Assembly (NCBI GenBank): GCA_965652075.1
Contig: CBFGTN010000006.1
Span: 1 to 62,306, forward strand
Length of the DNA: 62,306 nt
Reading direction: 5' to 3'
Source of the DNA: an uncultured bacterium
GTDB lineage: Bacteria; Chloroflexota; Limnocylindria; QHBO01
The position numbers and the translations under genes were made by a program. Within the stretch, counting starts at the first letter, position 1; each line of letters opens with the position of its first letter. This document shows positions 39,310-48,897 of this stretch, in pieces. The notes under the pieces were generated by a model. The model saw only the letters and a list, made by a program, of their open reading frames with translations, was not told the origin of the DNA and ran no database searches.

Positions 39310-40380
39310 ATGTACGACATCGTCGGCAAGCGCAACTGGTACTTCGCCCTCAGCGCGCTCCTCACGATTCCGGGGCTGATCTTCATCCTCCTGGGCGGGC
39401 TGAAGCCGTCGATCGACTTCACCGGGGGCACCGAGTGGGAAGTTCGCTACGCGGACGAGCCGACGGCCGGCGAGATGACCGCGGCGCTCGAGGAGCTCGG
39501 GTTCGAGAACGTCGTTGTCACCGAGCTCCCGGACGGGTATCTGCGGATCCGGACCGAGCCGATCGACCTGCTGCCGGCGCAGCTGCCGGAGCCGGTGCCG
39601 TCGGGATCCGTCGAGCCCTCGGCGAGTGCCGGGCCGTCCGCGTCTGCCGGCGGCAGCCAGGCCGCGTCGCCGTCCGCCGAGCCGTCACCATCTGCCGAGC
39701 CGACCGCGAGTCCCGGGACGACTCCGCCGCCGATCGCCACGGGCACCGAGTTCGCGGACCTGCAGGCCGAGCTCGTGTCCCGCTTCGGGGAAGGCGATCC
39801 ACGATCGGTCCGCACCGTCGGCCCGATCATCGGCGGCGAGCTGATCCGGAGCTCGGCGATCCTGATCGTCATCGGCGAGCTGTTCATCCTCGCCTACCTG
39901 TGGATCCGGTTCGGCTTCCGATTCGGCACCGCGGCGATCATCGCGCTGCTTCACGACGTGCTGCTCGTCGTCGGCACGTTCGCCATCCTCGGGTACTTCT
40001 TCTTCCTCGAGTTCGACGCGCTGTTCGTGACCGCGCTGCTGACGATCATCGGCTTCAGCGTCCACGACACGATCGTCGTGTTCGACCGGATCCGCGAGAA
40101 CCGCGTGCGCCATGCGGGGGAACCCTTCGGCGCGATCGTCAACCACTCGATCCTGCAGACCGTCGGCCGCTCGATCATCACGTCCCTGACGGTCGTCATC
40201 ACGCTCGGCGCCCTGCTCCTGCTCGGGCCCCCGACGATCCGGACCTTCACGCTCGCGCTGCTGCTCGGCGTGGTCAGCGGCACGTACTCGTCGATCTTCA
40301 ACGCGAGCCAGATCCTCGTCGCCTGGGACGACTGGGATCAGCGACGCAAGGCACGCGCGAGGGTCGCGGCACGCGCCTGA
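39310..40380 (+). CDS. secF: Protein translocase subunit SecF
   Basis: IDFTGGT, ALLHDV, GFSVHDTIVVFDRIREN, GTYSSIF. Confidence 0.96.
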   Translation: MYDIVGKRNWYFALSALLTIPGLIFILLGGLKPSIDFTGGTEWEVRYADEPTAGEMTAALEELGFENVVVTELPDGYLRIRTEPIDLLPAQLPEPVPSGSVEPSASAGPSASAGGSQAASPSAEPSPSAEPTASPGTTPPPIATGTEFADLQAELVSRFGEGDPRSVRTVGPIIGGELIRSSAILIVIGELFILAYLWIRFGFRFGTAAIIALLHDVLLVVGTFAILGYFFFLEFDALFVTALLTIIGFSVHDTIVVFDRIRENRVRHAGEPFGAIVNHSILQTVGRSIITSLTVVITLGALLLLGPPTIRTFTLALLLGVVSGTYSSIFNASQILVAWDDWDQRRKARARVAARA

Positions 40381-40433
40381 CCCGGTAACGGATCGGTAAG
40401 CGGCGCGCACGTCGCCGGGGCTACGATGGCGCC

Positions 40434-42179
40434 GTGATCGCCCCGAGCCTCGAGTGGCTCCTGCCCGAGCCGGTTCCGGATCCGCCGGCCTTCACTGGTT
40501 TCGGGGCCCCGGTCGCGACGCTCCTGGCCCGGCGCGGCTTCCGCACCGACGACCAGCTCCAGCGCTTCCTCTCGGCCGGCGCCGGTGCCCTGCACGACCT
40601 GTCCCGCATGGCCGATGCGGAACGCGCGCTCGACCGGATCGACGCGGCGCTGGCGTCGATGGAGCGGATCGCGATCTGGGGCGACTACGACGCCGACGGC
40701 ATGACCGCGATCGTCGTGTGGGTGACCGCGCTGCGCCGGCTCGGGGCGGACCCGATCCGGTACGTCCCGTCGCGCCTGGCCGAGGGGTACGGGCTGTCCG
40801 AGGCGGGGATCCGCGACCTCGCCGAGCGGGGCGCGACACTCGTCATCACCTGTGACTGCGGGGTCTCCAACGCGCGCGAGGTCGAGGCCGGGCGGGCCGT
40901 GGGCGTCGACGTCGTCATCACCGACCACCATCTGCCCCCGCCCGTCCTGCCGGCCGCCGCGGCGGTCGTCGATCCGCATCGGCCCGACTGTGCCTATCCC
41001 GACCCGGACCTGACCGGCGCCGGGCTGTCCTACAAGCTCGCGGCCGCCCTCCTCGACCGCCACGGCGTGGCTGCCGACGGCCTCGCCGCGGTCGCGGCGA
41101 TCGGCACGGTCGCCGACCTGGCGCCGATGACCGGCGAGAGCCGCGCGATCGTCCGGCTCGGCCTCGAGGAGCTGGCCCGCAGCGAGCATCCCGGCCTGCG
41201 CGCGCTCGTCGCTCGCGGCGCCGACGTCCCGTCGCAGCCCACGGCCCGGGACCTGGCGTATGGCGTCGTCCCGCGGATCAACGCCGCCGGACGGATCGCC
41301 GACGCGGAGCTCGCGATTACGCTGATGCTCGAGGAGGACGCGCTCCGCGCCGATGCGCTCGCCGACGAGCTCGAGGCCGTGCACGAGCGGCGTCGCGAGC
41401 TCACGAAGCACGCCGTGGATGCCGCGCGCCTGCTCGTCGCCGACGACGGGGGCACCGGTCCGCTGCTGGTTCGCGAGGACACGTGGGCGCCCGGCCTCGT
41501 CGGCCTCGTCGCCGGCCGCCTGGCGGACAGCCTGGCCCGGCCGGTCGCCGCCGCGACGCTCGTCGCCGACGAGGTCCGCGGCTCGGTGCGTGCCCCGGCC
41601 GACTTCCACGTCGCGAGCGCGCTCGAGGCGTGCGCTGCGCTGCTCACGAAGCGCGGCGGACATGCCGCGGCCGGCGGATTCAGCCTCCTGCCGGAGTCGT
41701 GGGCCGACTTCTCCGCGGCCTTTGGCGCGTTGCCACGGCCCTTTCCTGCGGAGCGGGCGGCCGAGGCGGAGCGGCCCGGGCGCGTCGTCGTCGACCTCGT
41801 CCTGCCCGCGCGGCTGCTGGACTGGGCGCTCGCCGATCAGCTCGAGCGCCTCGCACCGTACGGCCCGGGGCACGTCGAGCCCGTGCTCGCGGTCACGGGG
41901 ATGCTCGTGACCGAGGCGCGGCGCGTCGGCGCCGCCGAGCAGCACCTCGCACTGCGGATGCGCCGCGGGCTCGAGACGTTCGACGCGATCGCCTTCGGGC
42001 TCGAGCCGGAGCGCCCGCTGCCCAAGCCGGCGGACGCCGTCGATCTCGTCGGGACGCTCGAGCGCGACGACTTCAACGGGATGCCGCGGTTGCGGCTCCG
42101 AGTCCTCGACTTCGCGCACCAATCGGCGAGCCCGCTGATCGCGCGACGCCTGCCGCCGGCGCTGGCGCGAGCCGGATGA
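40434..42179 (+). CDS. recJ: Single-stranded-DNA exonuclease RecJ
   Basis: GDYDADG, EGYGL, TCDCG, TDHH, PRINAAGR, GGHAAAGG. Confidence 0.95.
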   Translation: MIAPSLEWLLPEPVPDPPAFTGFGAPVATLLARRGFRTDDQLQRFLSAGAGALHDLSRMADAERALDRIDAALASMERIAIWGDYDADGMTAIVVWVTALRRLGADPIRYVPSRLAEGYGLSEAGIRDLAERGATLVITCDCGVSNAREVEAGRAVGVDVVITDHHLPPPVLPAAAAVVDPHRPDCAYPDPDLTGAGLSYKLAAALLDRHGVAADGLAAVAAIGTVADLAPMTGESRAIVRLGLEELARSEHPGLRALVARGADVPSQPTARDLAYGVVPRINAAGRIADAELAITLMLEEDALRADALADELEAVHERRRELTKHAVDAARLLVADDGGTGPLLVREDTWAPGLVGLVAGRLADSLARPVAAATLVADEVRGSVRAPADFHVASALEACAALLTKRGGHAAAGGFSLLPESWADFSAAFGALPRPFPAERAAEAERPGRVVVDLVLPARLLDWALADQLERLAPYGPGHVEPVLAVTGMLVTEARRVGAAEQHLALRMRRGLETFDAIAFGLEPERPLPKPADAVDLVGTLERDDFNGMPRLRLRVLDFAHQSASPLIARRLPPALARAG

Positions 42180-43033
42180 GCGACACCGCCCTCGACCGGC
42201 TGCGCGCACGTCGCGCCAGCGTCGGGTCGCCCCTGTGCCTGGGGATCGACCCGCGACCGGACGCGCTGCCCGACGGCCTGCCGCCGACGGTGGACGGGAT
42301 CGAGACGTTCGCTCGCGGGCTCATCGGTGCAGCCGCGCCGCACGCGTGCGCGGTGAAGATCAACGTCGCCTTCTTCGAGGCCTTCGGCTCGGCCGGATGG
42401 GCGGCGCTCGAGCGTGTCCGCGCCGACGTGCCTCGAAACGTCCCGTGCATCCTCGACGCGAAGCGCGGTGACATCGACACGACCGCCGAGCGCTACGCCG
42501 CCGCTCTGCTCGGGCATCTCGACGCCGACGGCGTCACGCTCTCACCGTACCTCGGGGAGGACGCGGTCGAGCCGTTCCTGGCGACGGGGGATCGGCTCGT
42601 CTACCTCCTGGCTCGGACCAGCAACCCGTCCGCTGGCCGATTCCAGTCGCTCGTCGCCGACGGCACGCCGATCCACCTGCACGTCGCGCGGTGGGCGGCC
42701 GAGCGGTGGCCGGACGGTCGCGTCGGCCTCGTCGTGGGCGCCACCGCTCCCGACGAGCTCGAGGAGGTCCGGCAGGCGGTCCCGGGGCCGGGATTCCTCG
42801 TGCCCGGCGTCGGCGCACAGGGCGGAGACGCCGAGGCGGCCGCCCGCGCGGCCGATGGGACCTGGGCGCCGGGGCTCGTGAACGTCTCGCGGGGCATCGC
42901 GCTCGCGTCGTCGAGCTCGGACTGGGAGGCGGCCGCGGGCGCGGCCGCATCGGCCCTCGCGCGTCGATTGGCCGGTGCGGTGCTACACTCGACGGCCAGC
43001 CCCGTTCGTGCGGCAGAGATCGGAGGTTCCTGA
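42176..43033 (+). CDS. pyrF: Orotidine-5'-phosphate decarboxylase
   Basis: ATGA overlap; [42 protein letters not shown]. Confidence 0.95.
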   Translation: MSDTALDRLRARRASVGSPLCLGIDPRPDALPDGLPPTVDGIETFARGLIGAAAPHACAVKINVAFFEAFGSAGWAALERVRADVPRNVPCILDAKRGDIDTTAERYAAALLGHLDADGVTLSPYLGEDAVEPFLATGDRLVYLLARTSNPSAGRFQSLVADGTPIHLHVARWAAERWPDGRVGLVVGATAPDELEEVRQAVPGPGFLVPGVGAQGGDAEAAARAADGTWAPGLVNVSRGIALASSSSDWEAAAGAAASALARRLAGAVLHSTASPVRAAEIGGS

Positions 43034-43038
43034 ATTCA

Positions 43039-43266
43039 ATGCCGATTCCCGGACCTTGGGAGCTCATTCTGCTGCTGGTGATCGTCCTGATCATCTTCGG
43101 CCCCGGCAAGCTGCCTGACATCGGCAACGCCGTCGGGAAGGGAATCCGCGAGTTCCGCAAGGCATCCAACGACCTGGAGGAGTCGGTGCGCGGCGAGCCC
43201 AAGCGGCCCGCAACGCAGCCGGCGGAGGAGCCGCCTCCGGGCGACGGTTCGGACCGAACCCACTGA
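43039..43266 (+). CDS. tatA: Twin-arginine translocase TatA
   Basis: [38 protein letters not shown]. Confidence 0.96.
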   Translation: MPIPGPWELILLLVIVLIIFGPGKLPDIGNAVGKGIREFRKASNDLEESVRGEPKRPATQPAEEPPPGDGSDRTH

Positions 43267-43318
43267 AGGGGGTGACGGTCGGGCTTCGACGCCCGCGTGA
43301 CGTGACGCGTCGATCGCG

Positions 43319-44029
43319 ATGACGGTCGACGAGGCCACGATGAGCCTCCTCGAGCACCTCGAGGAGCTGCGCAGCCGCATCATCGTCATCGTCATCGCCG
43401 TGCTCGTCGCGGCCGTGGCCGGGTTCTTCCTGGCCGACCCGATCATCGCGCTGCTGCGCGCGCCGCTCGAGGACAGCGGCGGGGAGCTGATCCAGACCGG
43501 TGTCGGTGAAGCCTTCGGCGTCCGGATCCAGCTTTCGCTGATGACGGGCATCGCGTTGGCGATGCCCGTGATCCTCTACGAGGTCTGGGCCTTCATCACT
43601 CCCGGCCTGACGCGGCCCGAGCGCCGTCTCGTGTGGCCGCTGCTCGTCGTGGCCGTGATCCTCTTCGCGGCGGGCATCGTGCTCGGCTACCTGCTGATCC
43701 CGCTCGCCGTCGGGTTCCTGCTCGACTTCGCCATCGAGGGCGTCCAGCCGCTCATCGGCCTGGGGGACTACATCGGCTTCGTCACCCTGTTCCTGCTGGC
43801 GTTCGGGATCGCGCTCCAGTTCCCGGTCGTGCTCTACCTCCTGGCCCGGGTCGGGATCCTGAGCTACGCCTTCCTCGCCGGCCGGCGCCGCTACGCGATC
43901 CTGCTCATCGCCCTGTTCGCGGTCGTGATCACCCCCGGCGACATCGTCGTCGGCTCGCTGACCCTGGCGCTCGTCATGTACGGCCTCTTCGAGGTGACGC
44001 TCCAGCTCATTCGCTTGATGGGCCGATAG
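43319..44029 (+). CDS. tatC: Twin-arginine translocase TatC
   Basis: MSLLEHLEELRSR, WAFITPGL, RRRYAIL..VITPGD. Confidence 0.96.
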   Translation: MTVDEATMSLLEHLEELRSRIIVIVIAVLVAAVAGFFLADPIIALLRAPLEDSGGELIQTGVGEAFGVRIQLSLMTGIALAMPVILYEVWAFITPGLTRPERRLVWPLLVVAVILFAAGIVLGYLLIPLAVGFLLDFAIEGVQPLIGLGDYIGFVTLFLLAFGIALQFPVVLYLLARVGILSYAFLAGRRRYAILLIALFAVVITPGDIVVGSLTLALVMYGLFEVTLQLIRLMGR

Positions 44030-44035
44030 CGATCC

Positions 44036-44971
44036 GTGCCCGGCTCCGTCCTGCTGCTGACCGACGCGCGGATGGACGCGCACGCCGAGCCGGGCCACCC
44101 GGAGCGGCCCGCCCGACGCGAGGCGGCGGCGTGGGGTGTCCGCGACGCGACCGATCGGCTCGTCGAGGAGACGCCCGAAGCCGCCACGGACGCCGACCTC
44201 ACGCGCGTCCACGATCCGGCGTATCTCGAGCTGCTCGTCGAAGCCGAGGCGCGCGGCGGCGGCTGGCTCGATCCGGACACGTACGTCGTGCGGGGGTCAC
44301 TGCTGGCCGCGCGGTTGGCGGCCGGCGCCACGCTCCGCGCGGCGCGCGCCGCCGCCAGCGGCGAGGCGACCGTCACGGTCGCCGCGGTCCGACCGCCGGG
44401 TCATCACGCCGGACGCCAGCGGGGGAGTGGGTTCTGCCTCTTCAACAACGTCGCGGTCGCCCTCGCCGGGCTGCGGGCGGACGGGGCCGCGCAGCGCATC
44501 GCGATCGTCGACTGGGACGTGCATCACGGGGATGGCACGCAGGCGATCTTCCACGGGGACGGCGACCTGATCTACGCCTCGACGCACCAGTACCCGTTCT
44601 ATCCGGGGACGGGACCCGCCGGCGACGATGGCGGCGGCATCGCGAGGAACCACCCGCTGCGGGCCGGCGAGGGCGATGACGCCTTCGTGGCGGCGTGGCG
44701 CGACGAGCTGCTCCCCGCCGTCGAGGCCTTTCGCCCCGCGGCGATCATCGTCTCGGCCGGCTACGACGCGCACGACTCCGACCCGCTCGCGGAGCTGGCT
44801 GTGACGGACGCCGGATACGCGGAGGTGGCACAGGCTCTCGGCGAGACGGCGGCACGTCTCGGGATCCCCGGCGTCGCCCTCACGCTCGAGGGCGGGTACG
44901 ACCTCGACGCGTTGCGCGCCTCCGTCGCGGCGAGCGTTCGGGGCCTGCTCGCCGGCCAGGAGCGAGCGTGA
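44036..44971 (+). CDS. Zn-dependent histone deacetylase-family (AcuC/APAH-like) protein
   Basis: HPERPAR, RPPGHHA, GFCLFNN, DWDVHHGDGTQ, SAGYDAH, LEGGY. Confidence 0.95.
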   Translation: MPGSVLLLTDARMDAHAEPGHPERPARREAAAWGVRDATDRLVEETPEAATDADLTRVHDPAYLELLVEAEARGGGWLDPDTYVVRGSLLAARLAAGATLRAARAAASGEATVTVAAVRPPGHHAGRQRGSGFCLFNNVAVALAGLRADGAAQRIAIVDWDVHHGDGTQAIFHGDGDLIYASTHQYPFYPGTGPAGDDGGGIARNHPLRAGEGDDAFVAAWRDELLPAVEAFRPAAIIVSAGYDAHDSDPLAELAVTDAGYAEVAQALGETAARLGIPGVALTLEGGYDLDALRASVAASVRGLLAGQERA

Positions 44972-45012
44972 GCGCGGCTATACTCGAACGCGATCGAACA
45001 CTGGAGGGGATC

Positions 45013-45960
45013 GTGGCGCGCACCACGTCCACCGAGACCGCGCCCGATCTGCGGGCGAGCCCCGAGCGGGGAGTCGTCCCGGCGCGCGCCGATGCCGAGC
45101 TCGAGCATCTGCTGGTCATCAGCGGCCTCTCGGGTGCGGGCAAGAGCCAGGCGGGCAAGGTCTTCGAGGATCTCGGCTACAACGTCGTCGACAACCTCCC
45201 CGCAGCGCTGCTCGAGAATTTCCTCGACCTGCGCCGGCAGGACCGCGACCGATACCGGCGGTCGGCGCTCATCCTCGACATCCGGGCCGGCGACCCGGCG
45301 CCGGCGATCGAGCGGGCGGCGACGGTGCTCGACGGCGACCGGCCCGGCTTCGAGGTGATCTTTCTCGAGGCGAGCGATGCGTCGCTCGTGAGCCGATTCA
45401 GCGAGACTCGCCACCGCCACCCGCTCGCGACGCGGACGGGAGTCGAGTCCTCGATCGCGGAGGAGCGTCGGCGTCTGGCGCGCACGCGCGAGCTTGCCGA
45501 CCACGTCGTCGACACCACCGGCCTCTCCATCGGTCAGCTGAAGGACCGGCTCTGGTCGCTCGTCCCGCATGCCGCGACGACGAACGAGCTGCGGGTCGAC
45601 ATCGTCTCGTTCGGCTTCAAGTACGGCCTTCCCCTCGAGGCCGACCTCGTCTTCGACGTCCGGTTCCTGACGAACCCGTACTGGGATCCGGAGCTCAAGC
45701 CGCTCTCCGGCCAGGATCCGAAGGTGCGCGACTTCGTGCTCAACCAACCGACCGCGAACCGATTCCTCGAGCTCGTCACCGAGCTCATCCAGCTGACCGC
45801 TCCCGCCTACCGCGTCGAGGGCAAGGAGCAGCTGCGCATCGCCCTCGGATGCACCGGGGGCTACCACCGCTCGATCGCATTGGCCGAGGAGCTCGCGCGG
45901 CGGCTGGGTGAGGTGCCGGACGTGTCGGTCAGCGTCTATCACCGGGAGCTCGAGCGATGA
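45013..45960 (+). CDS. rapZ: RNase adaptor / nucleotide-binding protein RapZ (YvcJ)
   Basis: GLSGAGKS, VDNLP, ETRHRHPL, SFGFKYG, DVRFL.NPY, GCTGGYHRS; SD GGAGGGG and upstream TATACT. Confidence 0.95.
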   Translation: MARTTSTETAPDLRASPERGVVPARADAELEHLLVISGLSGAGKSQAGKVFEDLGYNVVDNLPAALLENFLDLRRQDRDRYRRSALILDIRAGDPAPAIERAATVLDGDRPGFEVIFLEASDASLVSRFSETRHRHPLATRTGVESSIAEERRRLARTRELADHVVDTTGLSIGQLKDRLWSLVPHAATTNELRVDIVSFGFKYGLPLEADLVFDVRFLTNPYWDPELKPLSGQDPKVRDFVLNQPTANRFLELVTELIQLTAPAYRVEGKEQLRIALGCTGGYHRSIALAEELARRLGEVPDVSVSVYHRELER

Positions 45961-47279
45961 GGCGACCGCCGATGCCGCGCTGGCTGTACCCGGGGATGCA
46001 CATCAAGCGCTGGCTCCTCGTGCTGTTCGCCGGCATCGCGTTGCTCGGCCTCGGCGCCGCCATCTTCCTTCGAGACCTGTACCGCACGAGCGCCGCACCC
46101 GAGATCGCGATCATCTACTGGCTGACCGGCGCCTGGCTCGACCCGCAGGTCCGCGCCGCGATCGTCGCCGCCCTCGGGCTGGGCCTGACCGGGCTCGGGA
46201 TGTGGGGCCTGATGCGCTCGGTCATCTCGCCGTTCGTCGGTCGCAACGACAGCGTCCTCGAGGTCCTGTACACGAAGCGCTACCTCGCTCGCGGCCCGCG
46301 GATCGTGGCCATCGGCGGCGGCACGGGCCTCTCGACCCTGCTCCGAGGGCTGAAGGGCTACAGCGCGAACATCACGGCGGTCGTCGCCGTGGCCGACGAC
46401 GGCGGCAGCAGCGGTCAGCTGCGCCAGCAGCTCGGGATCGTCCCGCCCGGCGACATCCGAAACTGCATCGCCGCCCTTGCCGACGCCGAGCCGCTCATGA
46501 CGCAGCTCATGCAGTACCGCTTCCCGGCGGGCTCGGGCCTCGACCACCACGCGTTCGGCAACCTGTTCATCGCCGCGATGACCGCGGTGACCGGCGACTT
46601 CGAGGAGGCGGTGCGCGAGTCGAACCGGGTCCTCGCCGTGCGCGGGCAGGTGCTGCCGGCGACGAGCGTCCCGCTCAACCTCTCTGCGCGCCTGGGCTCG
46701 GGGCGCACGCTGACCGGCCAGGTCGCGATCGCGACGGCAGATGCGCCGATCGAGCAGGTGTTCATCGAGCCGGCCGACGTGCGGGCCAACGGAGAGGCCC
46801 TGGAGCGCATCCTCGAGGCCGAGATGATCGTCCTCGGGCCGGGCTCGCTGTTCAGCAGCGTGCTGCCGAACCTGCTGATCACCGACGTGCGCGACGCACT
46901 CGCAGCGGCCCCGGGCATGAAGGCGTACGTCTGCAACGTCGCCACGCAGCCCGGCGAGACGCAGGCGATGTCGGCATCGGAGCACCTCGAGGCGCTGTTC
47001 GCGCACGTGGGGGACGATCTCATCGACTACGTGATCCTCAACCGCAACACCGATGCCCGCCGCCCGGAGGGATGGCGCGCCGAGCCGGTGGAGGTCGACG
47101 TGCGGCGGCTCGAGGAGCTGCCGGTCGTGATCGTGGAAGAGGACGTCGTCGACCTGTCGAACGCGCATCGCCACGACCCCGCCAAGCTCGCCGCCGCGCT
47201 CATGCGCCTCCTGCAGGAGGATCGGATCTCGCGTCCGCGATCGCGGCGCATCGGCCGCCAGGCGGCCACCGCCTCCTGA
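45957..47279 (+). CDS. yvcK: YvcK/GlmR family protein with N-terminal TM helices
   Basis: IGGGTGLS, VADDGGSSG, PPGDIRNC, GPGSLFSS. Confidence 0.93.
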   Translation: MRRPPMPRWLYPGMHIKRWLLVLFAGIALLGLGAAIFLRDLYRTSAAPEIAIIYWLTGAWLDPQVRAAIVAALGLGLTGLGMWGLMRSVISPFVGRNDSVLEVLYTKRYLARGPRIVAIGGGTGLSTLLRGLKGYSANITAVVAVADDGGSSGQLRQQLGIVPPGDIRNCIAALADAEPLMTQLMQYRFPAGSGLDHHAFGNLFIAAMTAVTGDFEEAVRESNRVLAVRGQVLPATSVPLNLSARLGSGRTLTGQVAIATADAPIEQVFIEPADVRANGEALERILEAEMIVLGPGSLFSSVLPNLLITDVRDALAAAPGMKAYVCNVATQPGETQAMSASEHLEALFAHVGDDLIDYVILNRNTDARRPEGWRAEPVEVDVRRLEELPVVIVEEDVVDLSNAHRHDPAKLAAALMRLLQEDRISRPRSRRIGRQAATAS

Positions 47280-47287
47280 CCGTCGCG

Positions 47288-48136
47288 GTGCTCCTGGCCG
47301 GCGAGGTCAAGGGCGAGCTCGCGCGCATCCAGCCCGCCCGAGCGTGTGATCGCCGAGCCGAGCTCATCGGCCTGCTCCTGGGCTCGTCCGGCGGCTCGCT
47401 CCGCACCCTGGACCACGCGACGGCTCGGACGGCGGTTCACCTCGCGAGCTCGCTCGGGCTGTCGGTCGAGTCGCCGCGTGCCCTGTCGCCCGATCGTGCC
47501 GGCGCCGGCGCGCGGCACCACCTCGTCGTCGACCTCGACCGGGATGCGCTCGGGGACTGGTCGTGGGAGGCGGCGCCGGCGTGCGACCGCCGGTCCTTCC
47601 TGCGGGGCGTCCTCCTCGGCACCGGGTCGATCTCGTTCGGCGCGAGCGGCCCGCACGTGGAGTTCGTCCTCGACGATCCGGACGCGGCCGGTGAGCTTCA
47701 GGCATCGCTCGCGTCGCTCGACGTCCGCGCGCTGCGCAGCGAACGACGGGGGCGGCACGTCGTCTACCTGAAGGGCCTCGACGAGATCGTCGCCCTCCTG
47801 CGTCTCGTCGGCGCGAATCGCGGGGTCCTCGAGCTCGAGACGCACCGGGTTGGGCGCGAGGTGCGCGCGAGGCTGAACCGACTGATCAACGCGGAGGAGG
47901 CGAACCTCGGCCGGACGGTGCGTGCCGCGGACCGCCAGCTTACTGCCATCGACCGGCTGGAGGCCGATGGCGCCCTGCCCGCACTGGCACCGGCCCTCCG
48001 CGAGACCGCGGCGATGCGCCGCCGCATGCCGGATGCCGATCTCGATACGCTGGCGGCGGCGCTCGGCGTCAGCCGATCGGCCGTGAACCATCGCCTGCGC
48101 CGGCTCGTCGAGCTGGCCGACCCGGAGGAGGACTGA
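47288..48136 (+). CDS. whiA: DNA-binding protein WhiA
   Basis: FLRGVLLGTGS (LAGLIDADG-derived), VVYLK, NRLINAEEANL.RT, SRSAVNHRLRRL. Confidence 0.92.
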   Translation: MLLAGEVKGELARIQPARACDRRAELIGLLLGSSGGSLRTLDHATARTAVHLASSLGLSVESPRALSPDRAGAGARHHLVVDLDRDALGDWSWEAAPACDRRSFLRGVLLGTGSISFGASGPHVEFVLDDPDAAGELQASLASLDVRALRSERRGRHVVYLKGLDEIVALLRLVGANRGVLELETHRVGREVRARLNRLINAEEANLGRTVRAADRQLTAIDRLEADGALPALAPALRETAAMRRRMPDADLDTLAAALGVSRSAVNHRLRRLVELADPEED

Positions 48137-48897
48137 TGCGCCGACCGGTCGTGGCAGGCAACTGGAAGATGAACCCGCCGACGCGTGCCGAGGCCGTGGC
48201 GCTGGCCGAGGCGGTCGAGACCGTTGCCGTCGAGGAGCCCCTGGTGACGACGGTCGTCTGCCCGCCGGCGATCTGGCTGGCCGAGGTCGCCCGTGCCGCG
48301 CCGAACGTCCACGTCGGCGCGCAGGACATGCACCCGGAGGAGCGCGGCGCGTTCACCGGCGAGACGAGCCCGCTCATGCTCGACGGGCTCGCCACCTTCG
48401 TCATCCTCGGCCACTCCGAGCGGCGGCAGTACAACGGCGAGACCGACGAGTCGGTCGGCCGCAAGGTCGCGAGCGCCGTCGCGCACGGCCTCCGGCCGAT
48501 CGCGGCAGTGGGCGAACGGGCGGACGAGCGCCGAGCCGGGGAGACGGAGGCCGTCGTCGAACGCCAGCTGCGCGCGGCCATCGCCGGGCTCGACCGGCTC
48601 GCCGGCACGGGGCTGGTGATCGCCTATGAGCCGGTCTGGGCGATCGGCACCGGCGACGCCGCCACCGGCGACGACGCGCAGGCGGTTGCGGCGGGCATCC
48701 GGGACATCCTGCGCGAGCTCGACGCAGTGGCGGCGGACGAGATCCCGATCCAGTACGGCGGAAGCGTCACCGAGGGGAACGCGGCCGAGTTCTTCGGGCA
48801 GCCGGACATCGACGGCGCGCTCGTGGGCGGCGCCTCGCTCAAGCCGGAGGCATTCGCCGCGATCCTGCGTGCCGCCGCCGCTGCCGGTCGCGCGTGA
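48136..48897 (+). CDS. tpiA: Triosephosphate isomerase
   Basis: AGNWKMN, GHSERR, AYEPVWAIGTG, YGGSV, LVGGASL. Confidence 0.98.
   Translation: MRRPVVAGNWKMNPPTRAEAVALAEAVETVAVEEPLVTTVVCPPAIWLAEVARAAPNVHVGAQDMHPEERGAFTGETSPLMLDGLATFVILGHSERRQYNGETDESVGRKVASAVAHGLRPIAAVGERADERRAGETEAVVERQLRAAIAGLDRLAGTGLVIAYEPVWAIGTGDAATGDDAQAVAAGIRDILRELDAVAADEIPIQYGGSVTEGNAAEFFGQPDIDGALVGGASLKPEAFAAILRAAAAAGRA

Noticed and set aside
35607-42209. Several long antisense or alternate-frame ORFs over uvrC, secDF and recJ
   Set aside because: Expected stop-codon depletion in high-GC coding DNA; they show no motifs or start signals
47288-48136. LAGLIDADG-like motif suggesting a homing endonuclease
   Set aside because: It is domesticated WhiA in its canonical rapZ-yvcK-whiA context
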